Shown here piece after piece: positions 41,287 through 51,082 of a stretch of DNA of 64,000 bases (positions are counted from its first letter, which is position 1; each line of letters begins with the position of its first letter). The position numbers and the translations under genes were made by a program. Source of the stretch: Sulfurospirillaceae bacterium (GTDB taxonomy: Bacteria; Campylobacterota; Campylobacteria; Campylobacterales; Sulfurospirillaceae); contig JAWVXD010000001.1 in the NCBI GenBank assembly GCA_033723415.1, positions 192,001 through 256,000 of the forward strand, given 5' to 3'. The notes beneath the pieces are model-generated. The model had not been told where the DNA came from, searched no databases, and saw nothing but the letters and a program-made list of their open reading frames with translations.

Positions 41287-42601
41287 AAGCTTAAAAACAA
41301 GAGTCTTGGTATGGTTTGGAACTATAGTGGCTTTACTATTGATTTTGTTTAGTATCTCTTTTTACTATTTTTACAATAAAAGCATAAATCTCTCTATTGA
41401 AACTAGATTATATAACCAGGCTGTTTATCTTCACGATAAGATACTACCAACTCTTCGTGAGAAGCAATTTATCAAAAATGATAGATTTTCATCGACTCAG
41501 ATCGCTATCATAAAAGATGGTAAAATCGTCAATCAGACACAAGAATTTACTCTTAGCAAATTTGCGAAATATATTGCTTCAAAAAAGTCGTTTATCACAA
41601 TAGACGGTAGTGAACATATAGACGCTGTGTATAACTTCAAATTCAAAGAACCGTATTCCGGAAATATTCTTTTATATCAGATAGGGATAGACGATAAGGC
41701 CGAAAATGTAGTAGATACACTTTTGGTCTTAGATCCTATGTTACTCATTGTTTTACTTCTTCTTGGGAGCAGGTTGATAGACAAGATTCTAGTACCTGTA
41801 AAAAGTGTGACAAATATAGCAAAAGATATCTCAGTTACCAACTTTTCCAAGAAGATACCGCTTCCCAAAGGTGAACATGAGCTAAAAGATCTGGTGGATT
41901 CTTTTAATGCTATGATCGAAAGATTAAAGGATGGATTTGAGAAGATCGACAGATTTAACAGTGATGTCTCACATGAACTAAAAACTCCCCTGACTGTGAT
42001 AAAGGGGGAAATAGAGTTATCCTTAAAACGAACGAGAAAAATCGAATATTACAAACAAAGTATGGGTGCTATTTCGGATGCGGCAAATCAAATACAACAT
42101 ATCATAGATGATCTATTATTCTTAGCAAAATTTTCTAAAGAAAATATCAAGACTACTTATAGGAAATGTGACCTAGATTCAATCCTGCTTAAAATAATAG
42201 ACAAATATGCGCCCTTGGCTAAAAATAAAAATATTAAGATACACATAGACAGATTTGAGCCGACTACTGCTTCTGTAAATCCGCTCTTGATAGAGAGAAT
42301 ATTCTCAAATCTATTAGACAATGCCATAAAATATACACATGACGAGAAGAATATCTATGTATCTCTTTATAAAGATAAAAAAGTGCATTTTATTATCAAA
42401 GACGAAGGTATTGGTATCCCTCAAAAGTTTTTATCAAATATAACCGATAGATTTTTTAGAGTTGATGAATCTCGGAGCAAGAGTGTAGAAGGCTTTGGTA
42501 TAGGTCTTTCCATTGTTGAGAACTGTGTGAATCTTCATGATGGAAAATTGAAAATAACTTCACTAGAAGATGAAGGAACGACTGTAGAAGTTATATTGTA
42601 A
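41276..42601 (+). CDS. Sensor histidine kinase (HAMP, HisKA, HATPase; CusS/CzcS-like)
   Basis: Two TMs, SHELKTPL, NLLDNAIKY, DEGIGI, RFFRVD, GFGIGL. Confidence 0.93.
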   Translation: MKFKSLKTRVLVWFGTIVALLLILFSISFYYFYNKSINLSIETRLYNQAVYLHDKILPTLREKQFIKNDRFSSTQIAIIKDGKIVNQTQEFTLSKFAKYIASKKSFITIDGSEHIDAVYNFKFKEPYSGNILLYQIGIDDKAENVVDTLLVLDPMLLIVLLLLGSRLIDKILVPVKSVTNIAKDISVTNFSKKIPLPKGEHELKDLVDSFNAMIERLKDGFEKIDRFNSDVSHELKTPLTVIKGEIELSLKRTRKIEYYKQSMGAISDAANQIQHIIDDLLFLAKFSKENIKTTYRKCDLDSILLKIIDKYAPLAKNKNIKIHIDRFEPTTASVNPLLIERIFSNLLDNAIKYTHDEKNIYVSLYKDKKVHFIIKDEGIGIPQKFLSNITDRFFRVDESRSKSVEGFGIGLSIVENCVNLHDGKLKITSLEDEGTTVEVIL

Positions 42602-42618
42602 TATTTTATTTTTAATGT

Positions 42619-42651
42619 TTTCATTTTTATTTCACTTTGATTTCTTAAAAT
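42619..42651 (+). promoter_or_regulatory. Tandem-repeat regulator box plus -10 (site 2)
   Basis: TTTCA-ttttta-TTTCA-N11-TAAAAT. Confidence 0.7.
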
Positions 42652-42696
42652 TTCTTCAAGCAAAAAAATGCTGAAATTTTATACAAGGAGATTTCA

Positions 42697-43482
42697 TTGG
42701 AAAATATGAAAAATATTGAAAATATGTTGTTGAGGGTGCCTGAAGTTGCATTATTGTTTTGGATCGTAAAGTCTCTTTCTACAACTGTCGGCGAGACTAC
42801 TTCTGATTTTTTTGTAAATTTAGGACTCGGGATGCCATTAGTCGCAATAATAGTCGCTTTAGCTATGGGTGTATTATTTTATATGCAATTTGGTAAGTAT
42901 AAAAAATATATACCTGTTATTTACTGGACTCTAGTCGTTTTGATGAGTATCGAAGGGACACTAATCACCGATATGTTGGTTGACACTATGGGTGTCAGTT
43001 TGATCACATTAACCATAGTATTTTCTATTGCTATGCTTATAGGATTTGCTCTTTGGCACAAGCGAGAGGGCACTTTGTCTATACATTCGATAAATACAAC
43101 TTCTAGAGAGGCTTATTATTGGGTTGTCATATTGATAGCTTTTGCACTGGGAACGGCTGCAGGCGATTTGATTTCTGAAAAACTCTCACAAGGTTATGGT
43201 GTTGCACTTGCTCTGTTCGCAGGTTTGATAGTGATCATCGCAGTTGCTCATTATTTGTTTAAACTAAACTCTATCCTTGCTTTTTGGTTGGCTTATATAT
43301 TAACAAGACCTCTTGGGGCATCATTGGGAGATTATCTTTCACAATCCCCAAAAGATGGAGGTTTGGGGTTTGGTTTGGGTATGATCAACATCGTATTCTT
43401 TTCTATAATAGTTGGTTCTGTATTTTATATGCATTCTCAAATAAACAAAAATATAGAGAATTTTGCTAAAATACGTCACTAA
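42697..43482 (+). CDS. COG4705 (DUF347 repeat) membrane protein
   Basis: VPEV..FWIVK..STTVGET..D, EGTLSIHSI, FALGTAAGD, FWLAYILTRPLGASLGD; TTG start after AAGGAG. Confidence 0.85.
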   Translation: MENMKNIENMLLRVPEVALLFWIVKSLSTTVGETTSDFFVNLGLGMPLVAIIVALAMGVLFYMQFGKYKKYIPVIYWTLVVLMSIEGTLITDMLVDTMGVSLITLTIVFSIAMLIGFALWHKREGTLSIHSINTTSREAYYWVVILIAFALGTAAGDLISEKLSQGYGVALALFAGLIVIIAVAHYLFKLNSILAFWLAYILTRPLGASLGDYLSQSPKDGGLGFGLGMINIVFFSIIVGSVFYMHSQINKNIENFAKIRH

Positions 43483-43510
43483 AAAATATTGATTAAAATA
43501 ATAGGATGGA

Positions 43511-44617
43511 ATGTATATGTTTGCAAAGTTAAGTATCGGTTTAATATTTGTGTTAATGTCTCAGGGTTTATTTGCCTATAATACAAATAGTATGAAAAAA
43601 AATTATCATGAAGATATAAATCTACCTGATACTATTCTCCATCCTTTAATCCAAGACAAAAAGATTATCAAGATAGAAGCAAAAACAAAACATAAGGCCA
43701 AATATCTAGGGATCAATTCTATCTATGTAAAAGAAAATATAGAGAATTTAGGCAAATATGTCTGGAATAAAAAAAGACAAGCTTATATAAGTCCTTTAAA
43801 TCGAAAAGAGCTTATCTTTGAAGCGAAAAAGATATATTTGATTTCTCAGGCAAAATATGATGATATGAAAACTATTAAGAATGATTTGGCGAAAATAAAC
43901 AAAAAAAATCTCTCAGATCATGAATTGAAAGATCTATTTAGTTCTTATAATCAATTGTCTATAAAAGAAAAAGAGTTAATGTTTTGCAGTGATCTAGTAG
44001 ATACCTTGATAAAAAATAGACTAATTTATTTAAAAAATAAAGAGTACTTTCTTTTGATCGATAAGAACAAGCAAAGAGGATATATATTTTCATTTCATAA
44101 ATCAAACAAAAGTTTAGAATACATAGGAAGCGATCATATCTCTACGGGAAATCCAAGTTTTAACAGTAGAAACGATAGGTATTTTGAGACTCCTATCGGT
44201 ATTATAAATAGAGCTAGATATAGACGAGGTGATTGGATATCTATAAAGAAAAATGCATTTAAATACGGCGAGAGAAAAGATAGGATCTATTATCTTGGAA
44301 AATATCTGATTCCTATAGCTGATAAGTCAAAGTTTAAGAGAGAAGTACATCTGGCTATACACTCTACAACTCCGATTGATGCCATGCTTTTAGGACATAA
44401 AGTTTCAAAAGGATGTATTAGAATTAGTAGAGAGTTAAACAAGATATTAAATAAAAGTGCAATTATAGATGGAAAAAATGGAAAATACGTGATTATTATT
44501 GATTCTAGCTTACCGATAAAAGAAAATTTAAAAAAGCTGGAAAAATTCTCAAAAGAAAAAATTAAACATAAAAGAAACAAATACGCAATGATTTCAGGTA
44601 ACGCTCAGAACGACTAA
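43511..44617 (+). CDS. L,D-transpeptidase (YkuD-like) family protein
   Basis: Signal peptide; ISTG..FETPIG and AIH-x14-SKGCIR catalytic motif. Confidence 0.72.
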   Translation: MYMFAKLSIGLIFVLMSQGLFAYNTNSMKKNYHEDINLPDTILHPLIQDKKIIKIEAKTKHKAKYLGINSIYVKENIENLGKYVWNKKRQAYISPLNRKELIFEAKKIYLISQAKYDDMKTIKNDLAKINKKNLSDHELKDLFSSYNQLSIKEKELMFCSDLVDTLIKNRLIYLKNKEYFLLIDKNKQRGYIFSFHKSNKSLEYIGSDHISTGNPSFNSRNDRYFETPIGIINRARYRRGDWISIKKNAFKYGERKDRIYYLGKYLIPIADKSKFKREVHLAIHSTTPIDAMLLGHKVSKGCIRISRELNKILNKSAIIDGKNGKYVIIIDSSLPIKENLKKLEKFSKEKIKHKRNKYAMISGNAQND

Positions 44618-44752
44618 TACTAACACTTAATCTTATATTGACTTTAGTAAAGTTTGTGATATAATTTGTATGTACTCGCAATTTTGTAGATTTTGAATAT
44701 AATATTTCATTATGAAATATGAAATCTGCAAGAACGTTAAAAAGGATTTGCG

Positions 44753-47095
44753 GTGACAAAAATTATACATAAGCTTGTAGATTATTTTTATATTTTTATC
44801 ATAGCATTTATTTGGGCTGTTGCTATTGTTTCTATACTTTTTATGAGCTATCATAGGCAAAGTAAGAAATTCGATTACTCCGATGACAACATTATAACGC
44901 TAGAAATGGCATATAAAGCCAGTATCAATAAATACTCTTTTCTAGCAAGATATATTTTCCGCCACTCCATAAATAATGAAGAAATCTTATCTATTTTCCA
45001 AAAAGGCACCAAAGCAAAAGGTAGTCTGAAAAAGGTATATAGACAGCAGTTGTATGAGAAACTAAATCCATTATATGAAAAATTGAAAGCAGAAGGTATA
45101 GGCCAGCTACAATTCATTACAAAAGACAATATAAGCTATATCAGATTTCACAAACTTAGCAAAAGCGGCGATGATCTGTCAAAATATAGAGAAACAATAA
45201 AAATAGCGAATAGAGACAATAGGATAGTCAGTGGTTTTGAAGCAGGCAGAATAGTGACAGGGTTTAGAAATGTGTTTCCATTGAATTATCAAAATAAACA
45301 TCTAGGATGTGTAGAGATAGGTGTTACTACTAAAGCTATTATAGGAGCAATCTCCCAATTAGATCCAAGACGAGAATACAGTTTTATATTACGAAAAGAT
45401 GTCGTTTTCCCAAAATTACTTGAAGAAGAAAAACCTTTCTATAAAACGTCAACTATTGATTCAGATTTTGTTTTTGAGGATTATGCAAAAATTTCGCCTA
45501 AGTCTGTAAAAATACAATCAAAAACTACAAATAGAATCAATGAAAAACTGATGGAAGACAAAAAACTTCATGCAGCACTGGAACAAGGAAGAAAATTCTT
45601 TAAATTTGCTAAGGTTGATAATACTTTTTATGATGTTTCCTTTGTCCCTATGCTTGGTGTAAATGCAGATGTAGAAGGTTATCTTGTCGCTTATAAGAAA
45701 AGTGAAAATATACCTATAATCTTGAGTAATTTTTCACTTATTGTGGGCATAATAATATCTCTTATGCTCATACTTACAATCTTAGTCTTACTGCTTAAAA
45801 GCAATTATCATACTATCCAATACCAAAAAAGATGGTTTAAATCTATCAATGATAGCTTAGGTGAGGGCATATATGTTATGGATATTAATGCAAACATAAC
45901 CTATGTAAATCCATTGGCCTGTGAGATATTGGGTTATTCAAAAGATGAATTGATAGGTAAAAATGCCCATTATATATTTCATTCTCATTATTTAAATAAT
46001 AATGTATCACTGCGTGATTGCCCGATTTTAAAAGGTGTTTCAGAAAATATGAAGTTGATAAGTGAAAAAGAGTATTTTACGTGCAAAGACGGGCATATAA
46101 TCCCTGTGCAAATCAACAGCAGACCAACTTTGAAAAATGGTAAAATATTAGAAATAGTAACAGCTTTTAACGACATAAGCGAAAAAAGAAAACTAGAAGA
46201 AAAAAATGATCTATTGCTTAAAGCTTTAGAGGTGAGTTCTGACACTGTAATGATCACAGACTTAGATGCTACAGTACAATGGGTAAATCCTGCTTTTGAA
46301 AAATTAACAGGATACGGTATCAAAGAGATAATTGGCAAAAATCCTAAAGATCTGATCAATTCAGGTAAACAGACAAAAGAGTTTTATGAATCCATGTGGA
46401 ACACTATCTTAGATAAGAAAACATGGAACGGAGAATTAATAAATAGAAGAAAAGACGGCAGTCTGTATTATGAAGAACTTACAATAACTCCTATTTTTGA
46501 CGTTCATGACAACATTAAGCACTTTGTCGCTATAAAGCAAGATATAAGTAAAAGAAAAAAAATAGAAAGCAGTTTACAGCATGTTGCACTTCATGATGTT
46601 TTAACCGGATTACCAAATAGAAGATTTTTAATATTGCATTTGGAAAAAGTTATATCTGGAATGATCGAATTTGATAAATTCATTGCAATACTTTTTTTAG
46701 ATTTAGATGGGTTTAAAACTTTAAATGACAATAATGGACATGATGCAGGTGATGAATTGCTTGTACAAGTATCGCAAAGGCTTCAAGAGAGTATAAGAAA
46801 GCAAGATCTTGTAGCCAGGTTAGGTGGTGACGAGTTTGTGATTGTTTTAGACGGTTTATCAAATGATCTGCAAAAAGCAACAGTAAATGCAAAAGAAATA
46901 GCCGAAAAAATAAGACAAAATATAGCTTTGCCTTTTAAACTGAAAAAGGTAACTTACGAGATAACTGCAAGTATAGGAATATGCCTTTTTAACGACAATA
47001 CAAAAGACGTCAATGAAAGACTGGAAGAAGCTGATAATGCTCTTTATAACTCAAAGGAAAATGGAAAAAATATAATCAGTATTTTTGATGATTAA
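44753..47095 (+). CDS. Diguanylate cyclase (Cache sensor, PAS, PAS, GGDEF)
   Basis: Two TMs around a Cache-like domain; two PAS/PAC; DLDGFK, RKQD I-site, intact GGDEF. Confidence 0.9.
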   Translation: MTKIIHKLVDYFYIFIIAFIWAVAIVSILFMSYHRQSKKFDYSDDNIITLEMAYKASINKYSFLARYIFRHSINNEEILSIFQKGTKAKGSLKKVYRQQLYEKLNPLYEKLKAEGIGQLQFITKDNISYIRFHKLSKSGDDLSKYRETIKIANRDNRIVSGFEAGRIVTGFRNVFPLNYQNKHLGCVEIGVTTKAIIGAISQLDPRREYSFILRKDVVFPKLLEEEKPFYKTSTIDSDFVFEDYAKISPKSVKIQSKTTNRINEKLMEDKKLHAALEQGRKFFKFAKVDNTFYDVSFVPMLGVNADVEGYLVAYKKSENIPIILSNFSLIVGIIISLMLILTILVLLLKSNYHTIQYQKRWFKSINDSLGEGIYVMDINANITYVNPLACEILGYSKDELIGKNAHYIFHSHYLNNNVSLRDCPILKGVSENMKLISEKEYFTCKDGHIIPVQINSRPTLKNGKILEIVTAFNDISEKRKLEEKNDLLLKALEVSSDTVMITDLDATVQWVNPAFEKLTGYGIKEIIGKNPKDLINSGKQTKEFYESMWNTILDKKTWNGELINRRKDGSLYYEELTITPIFDVHDNIKHFVAIKQDISKRKKIESSLQHVALHDVLTGLPNRRFLILHLEKVISGMIEFDKFIAILFLDLDGFKTLNDNNGHDAGDELLVQVSQRLQESIRKQDLVARLGGDEFVIVLDGLSNDLQKATVNAKEIAEKIRQNIALPFKLKKVTYEITASIGICLFNDNTKDVNERLEEADNALYNSKENGKNIISIFDD

Positions 47096-47127
47096 AAAGC
47101 TAATTTATACTTTTCCGATATATTTAC

Positions 47128-47156
47128 TTGACATTAAATAAAATTTTCTTTATAAT
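47128..47156 (+). promoter_or_regulatory. Consensus promoter of metY-Rrf2-cysK
   Basis: TTGACA-N17-TATAAT. Confidence 0.75.
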
Positions 47157-47229
47157 TCTTTTTATATTATAACTAAGAGAAGTAAAATATGTATTATTTT
47201 ACATACACTTAGTTAAAAAAGGAATTTAA

Positions 47230-48492
47230 ATGACACAAGAAACATTAGCTATACATAACGGATATGACAAAAATGATTTTGGAACTATGGCAGTTCCTTT
47301 ATATCAAACTACTGCTTATGATTTTGGCAGTGCAGAGACAGCTGCAAATAGGTTTGCATTGAAAGAATTGGGACCAATATATACAAGATTAAACAATCCT
47401 ACAACTGATATTTTTGAAAGTAGAATGGCTGCACTGGAAGGCGGAGAAGCTTCAATAGCAGCTGCAAGCGGACAAGCTGCTATATTCTTTGCAGTCGCAA
47501 ATCTTGCAGAAGCCGGAGACAATATTATAGTGGCGAAGAAGATTTATGGCGGTGCTACCACATTATTGACGCACACACTAAAAAGATTTGGTATTAGTGC
47601 GAAAACTTTTGATAGTGACAATGCCGATGATCTAGAATCTTTGATAGATGATAAAACAAAAGCAGTATTTTTTGAATCTTTATCAAATCCTCAGATAGCT
47701 ATACCAAATATTGAGAAGATCGTTGAAATAGCTAATAAGCACAATATAGTAACTATTTGTGATAATACTGTCGCAACGCCTATTTTATTTCAACCTATAT
47801 CTTATGGTGTTGATGTTGTCGTTCATAGTGCCAGCAAGTATATTACGGGACAAGGATTGGCCATAGGCGGTGTAGTAGTAGCTAGAAATAATCTCAATGA
47901 AAAGTTGATCGGCAATTCTAGATATCCTCAATTTAATGAACCTGATGAAAGTTATCATGGTCTGGTTTATGCCACTATACCTCTTCCTCTTTTTACTCTG
48001 AGAATCAGACTTTCATTGATAAGAGATATAGGTGCTACTATCGCTCCATTTAACGCTTGGCTTTTGATACAAGGTCTAGAAACATTGTCTGTAAGGATAA
48101 AGCAGCATTCAAAAAATGCACTTGAAGTTGCAAGATATTTGAAATCTCATCCAAAGGTAAAAAGTGTAAATTATCCTGGTTTAGAAGGTGATGTACAAAA
48201 TGAAAAAGCAAATAAATATTTTAAAGAGGGTATGACATCAGGACTTCTTAGCTTTGAAGTCGAAGGTTTGGATTTTGCAAAAAATATATTGAACAACACA
48301 AAAATATTTGCTGTAGTTACAAACATCGGAGATACCAAGTCTATCATCACGCATCCAGCTAGCACTACGCATATGCAAGTACCTGCAGATGAATTAGAAA
48401 AATCGGGAATCAGCCAAGGACTTATCAGACTTAGTGTAGGACTGGAAAGTAGTGAAGATTTAATAGCCGATTTAAAACAAGCCATAGGTTGA
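47230..48492 (+). CDS. metY: O-acetylhomoserine/O-acetylserine sulfhydrylase (MetY)
   Basis: YTRLNNPT, VHSASKY (PLP Lys), NIGDTKS..HPASTTH, IRLSVGLE. Confidence 0.9.
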   Translation: MTQETLAIHNGYDKNDFGTMAVPLYQTTAYDFGSAETAANRFALKELGPIYTRLNNPTTDIFESRMAALEGGEASIAAASGQAAIFFAVANLAEAGDNIIVAKKIYGGATTLLTHTLKRFGISAKTFDSDNADDLESLIDDKTKAVFFESLSNPQIAIPNIEKIVEIANKHNIVTICDNTVATPILFQPISYGVDVVVHSASKYITGQGLAIGGVVVARNNLNEKLIGNSRYPQFNEPDESYHGLVYATIPLPLFTLRIRLSLIRDIGATIAPFNAWLLIQGLETLSVRIKQHSKNALEVARYLKSHPKVKSVNYPGLEGDVQNEKANKYFKEGMTSGLLSFEVEGLDFAKNILNNTKIFAVVTNIGDTKSIITHPASTTHMQVPADELEKSGISQGLIRLSVGLESSEDLIADLKQAIG

Positions 48493-48496
48493 TCTT

Positions 48497-48910
48497 ATGG
48501 CTCTAATATCTACAAAAGGGATGTACGGACTCAGTGCGATGTATGCATTGTCAAATATAGAATCTGATAAACCTACTCAAATCAAAGATATTTCAGAAAA
48601 GGCAGAAGTACCTCAAAACTATCTTGAACAACTTTTGGTTACTTTAAAAAGAGCAAACTTAATCACAAGTGTCAGAGGTGCTCATGGCGGATACTTCTTG
48701 GCTAGAAATGCTGATGATATTTTGATAAAAGATATACTTGTTGCACTTGAAGGAAATTTAAGTATTGTTGAATCAGACATCCAAAATCCTGTTTTGAAAC
48801 TATTTTATGATGAAAGTAACAAAAAATTAGACGATATTTTCAATATCCCTCTCTCAAAGCTTCAAGAATATGAAGAGTTGCTTAGAGGCCAAATACACTA
48901 TATTATATAA
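48497..48910 (+). CDS. Rrf2 family regulator (CymR-like)
   Basis: ISTKGMYGL, YLEQLL, SVRGAHGGY; no Cys residues; located between metY and cysK. Confidence 0.85.
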   Translation: MALISTKGMYGLSAMYALSNIESDKPTQIKDISEKAEVPQNYLEQLLVTLKRANLITSVRGAHGGYFLARNADDILIKDILVALEGNLSIVESDIQNPVLKLFYDESNKKLDDIFNIPLSKLQEYEELLRGQIHYII

Positions 48911-48921
48911 AAGGATATATT

Positions 48922-49842
48922 ATGAATTATGCACAAAATGTAACCGGACTCATAGGAAATACGCCACTTATACGGTTAAATATCCCATCTGAAAAAAGTG
49001 GAACAACGATATTAGGAAAATGTGAATTCTTAAATCCAACACATTCTGTAAAGGATAGAATCGCTTATAACATGATAAAAAAAGCTTTTGAAGATAAATC
49101 GATCACTAATGATTCCGTGATAATTGAACCTACTAGTGGAAATACAGGTATAGGATTAGCTTCAGTTTGTGCAAGTTACGGGTTGAAATTAATACTGACA
49201 ATGCCAAGTTCTATGAGCATAGAGCGAAGAAAACTTTTATCTGCTCTTGGGGCTGAACTTGTTCTTACAGAACCACAGTTTGGGATGCAAGGTGCGATCA
49301 ATAAAGCTGAAGAAATAGCCAAAAATACACCAAACTCTTTTATACCTCAACAATTTGCAAATGACGCAAATCCGCAAATGCATATGAAAACAACAGCACA
49401 AGAAATTTGGAAAGACACAGATGGCAAAGTGGATATATTTGTTGCAGCGGTAGGAACAGGCGGAACCGTTATGGGCGTTGGAACAGCATTAAAAGAAAAG
49501 AATCCAAACATTAAAGTATATGCCGTTGAACCAGATGTTTCACCGGTTCTATCAGGCGGGAAAGCAGGTCCTCACAAGATACAAGGCATAGGAGCAGGGT
49601 TTGTTCCAAAAGTATTGGATACAAATGTATATGATGAAGTTATTAAAGTTAGCTATGAAGATTCGGTAATTGTTTCTAGGGAATTGGCTAAAAATGAAGG
49701 TTTGCTTGTAGGTATAAGTGCAGGTGCCAATGTTTTTGCAACTGAACAAATAGCTTCAAGACCTGAGAATAAGGGAAAAGTCATAGTAACTGTCCTTTGT
49801 GATACAGGAGAGAGATATCTGAGCTCAGGGCTTTACGAATAA
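48922..49842 (+). CDS. cysK: Cysteine synthase A
   Basis: SVKDRIA, EPTSGNTG, GTGGT, HKIQGIGAG, DTGERYLS. Confidence 0.96.
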   Translation: MNYAQNVTGLIGNTPLIRLNIPSEKSGTTILGKCEFLNPTHSVKDRIAYNMIKKAFEDKSITNDSVIIEPTSGNTGIGLASVCASYGLKLILTMPSSMSIERRKLLSALGAELVLTEPQFGMQGAINKAEEIAKNTPNSFIPQQFANDANPQMHMKTTAQEIWKDTDGKVDIFVAAVGTGGTVMGVGTALKEKNPNIKVYAVEPDVSPVLSGGKAGPHKIQGIGAGFVPKVLDTNVYDEVIKVSYEDSVIVSRELAKNEGLLVGISAGANVFATEQIASRPENKGKVIVTVLCDTGERYLSSGLYE

Positions 49843-49855
49843 ATACATATATGAT

Positions 49856-49888
49856 TTTCATTTAAATTTCATTTTCAGACCTTATAAT
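49856..49888 (+). promoter_or_regulatory. Tandem-repeat regulator box plus -10 (site 3, PAP2 operon)
   Basis: TTTCA-tttaaa-TTTCA-N11-TATAAT. Confidence 0.7.
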
Positions 49889-49911
49889 ATTTTAAAAAAA
49901 GTAGGGTCTGA

Positions 49912-50481
49912 ATGGAAAAGCTAAATAAATTTTTATTTTTATATGTCAACCAGTTCGCGGGACATCATCATAATCTAGATCTTTTGATGATAGCTTTTGC
50001 GGAATTTACTCCATATATTTTTATGGTTTTATTGTTATATTTGTGGTTTAAGAACAAAAAAGAAGAAGGCTTATTTGCCGGTTATGCAGCACTCTTGGCT
50101 CTTTCATTAAATCAGATTATAGGCTTATTTTACTTTCATCCACGACCATTCATGGAAAATTTAGGACACAGTCTTATATCTCATAATCCTGATAACTCTT
50201 TTCCTTCCGATCATGTCAGTTTCACTCTAAGTATCGCTTTTGTGTTTTTGACTTTTAAAACAACAAGAACATTGGGTATAATTACTTCGATCTTAGGATT
50301 GATGTGTGGAATTTCAAGAGTTTATAGTGGCGTTCATTGGCCATTTGATGTCATGGGTTCAATTATCATTTCAATCTTTTCGATTTTTGTTATTTATAAG
50401 TTAAATACTCCATTATTATGGTTAAATAGATTTATAATAAACACATACTATAAAATCATAAAGAAGGAATTTTTTGCTTAG
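49912..50481 (+). CDS. PAP2 family undecaprenyl-diphosphate phosphatase (YbjG/BcrC-like)
   Basis: [23 protein letters not shown]. Confidence 0.9.
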   Translation: MEKLNKFLFLYVNQFAGHHHNLDLLMIAFAEFTPYIFMVLLLYLWFKNKKEEGLFAGYAALLALSLNQIIGLFYFHPRPFMENLGHSLISHNPDNSFPSDHVSFTLSIAFVFLTFKTTRTLGIITSILGLMCGISRVYSGVHWPFDVMGSIIISIFSIFVIYKLNTPLLWLNRFIINTYYKIIKKEFFA

Positions 50482-51082
50482 TGAAATTGTAAATTGGATC
50501 GTAAGTACTGTCGGTACTTTGGGCTATACAGGTATTGTTGTCATGATGTTTTTGGAGAGTTCATTCTTCCCTTTTCCCAGTGAAGTAGTTATGATCCCGG
50601 CTGGTTATTTGGCTTCTCAGGGTGAAATGAGCTTGACTTTGGTTATCTTCTGTGGGATTTTTGGGGCTATACTTGGTTCATTGTTTAATTATTATTTAGC
50701 ATATAAATTCGGAAGAATCGCTATTTTAAAATTTGGAAAATATTTTTTCATGGATGAAAACAGGCTAATGAAAATAGAAGATTATTTTTATAGGCATGGG
50801 CATATATCTACTTTTATAGGAAGACTCATACCAGGAGTGAGGCAGTATATATCCTTACCTGCAGGACTTGGAAAGATGGATTTGAGATTGTTTAGCATCT
50901 TTACTGCACTCGGTGCCGGAATATGGGTTATCGTGTTGGTATTGTTAGGGTATTTTATAGGACAAAATCAGGCACTTATCAAAGAGTATTTACACTTGAT
51001 TATGGCAGTTTTGGCGCTATTATTGTTAATTATTACAATACTTTATGTGAGAAAAGTAAAAAAAGATCATGCTCAAAAATAA
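50474..51082 (+). CDS. DedA family membrane protein
   Basis: [19 protein letters not shown] and [16 protein letters not shown]. Confidence 0.92.
   Translation: MLSEIVNWIVSTVGTLGYTGIVVMMFLESSFFPFPSEVVMIPAGYLASQGEMSLTLVIFCGIFGAILGSLFNYYLAYKFGRIAILKFGKYFFMDENRLMKIEDYFYRHGHISTFIGRLIPGVRQYISLPAGLGKMDLRLFSIFTALGAGIWVIVLVLLGYFIGQNQALIKEYLHLIMAVLALLLLIITILYVRKVKKDHAQK

Noticed and set aside
44705..44726. TTTCA/TGAAA copies upstream of the diguanylate cyclase
   Set aside because: Inverted or wrongly spaced and downstream of the -10; does not fit the TTTCA-N6-TTTCA-N11 architecture.
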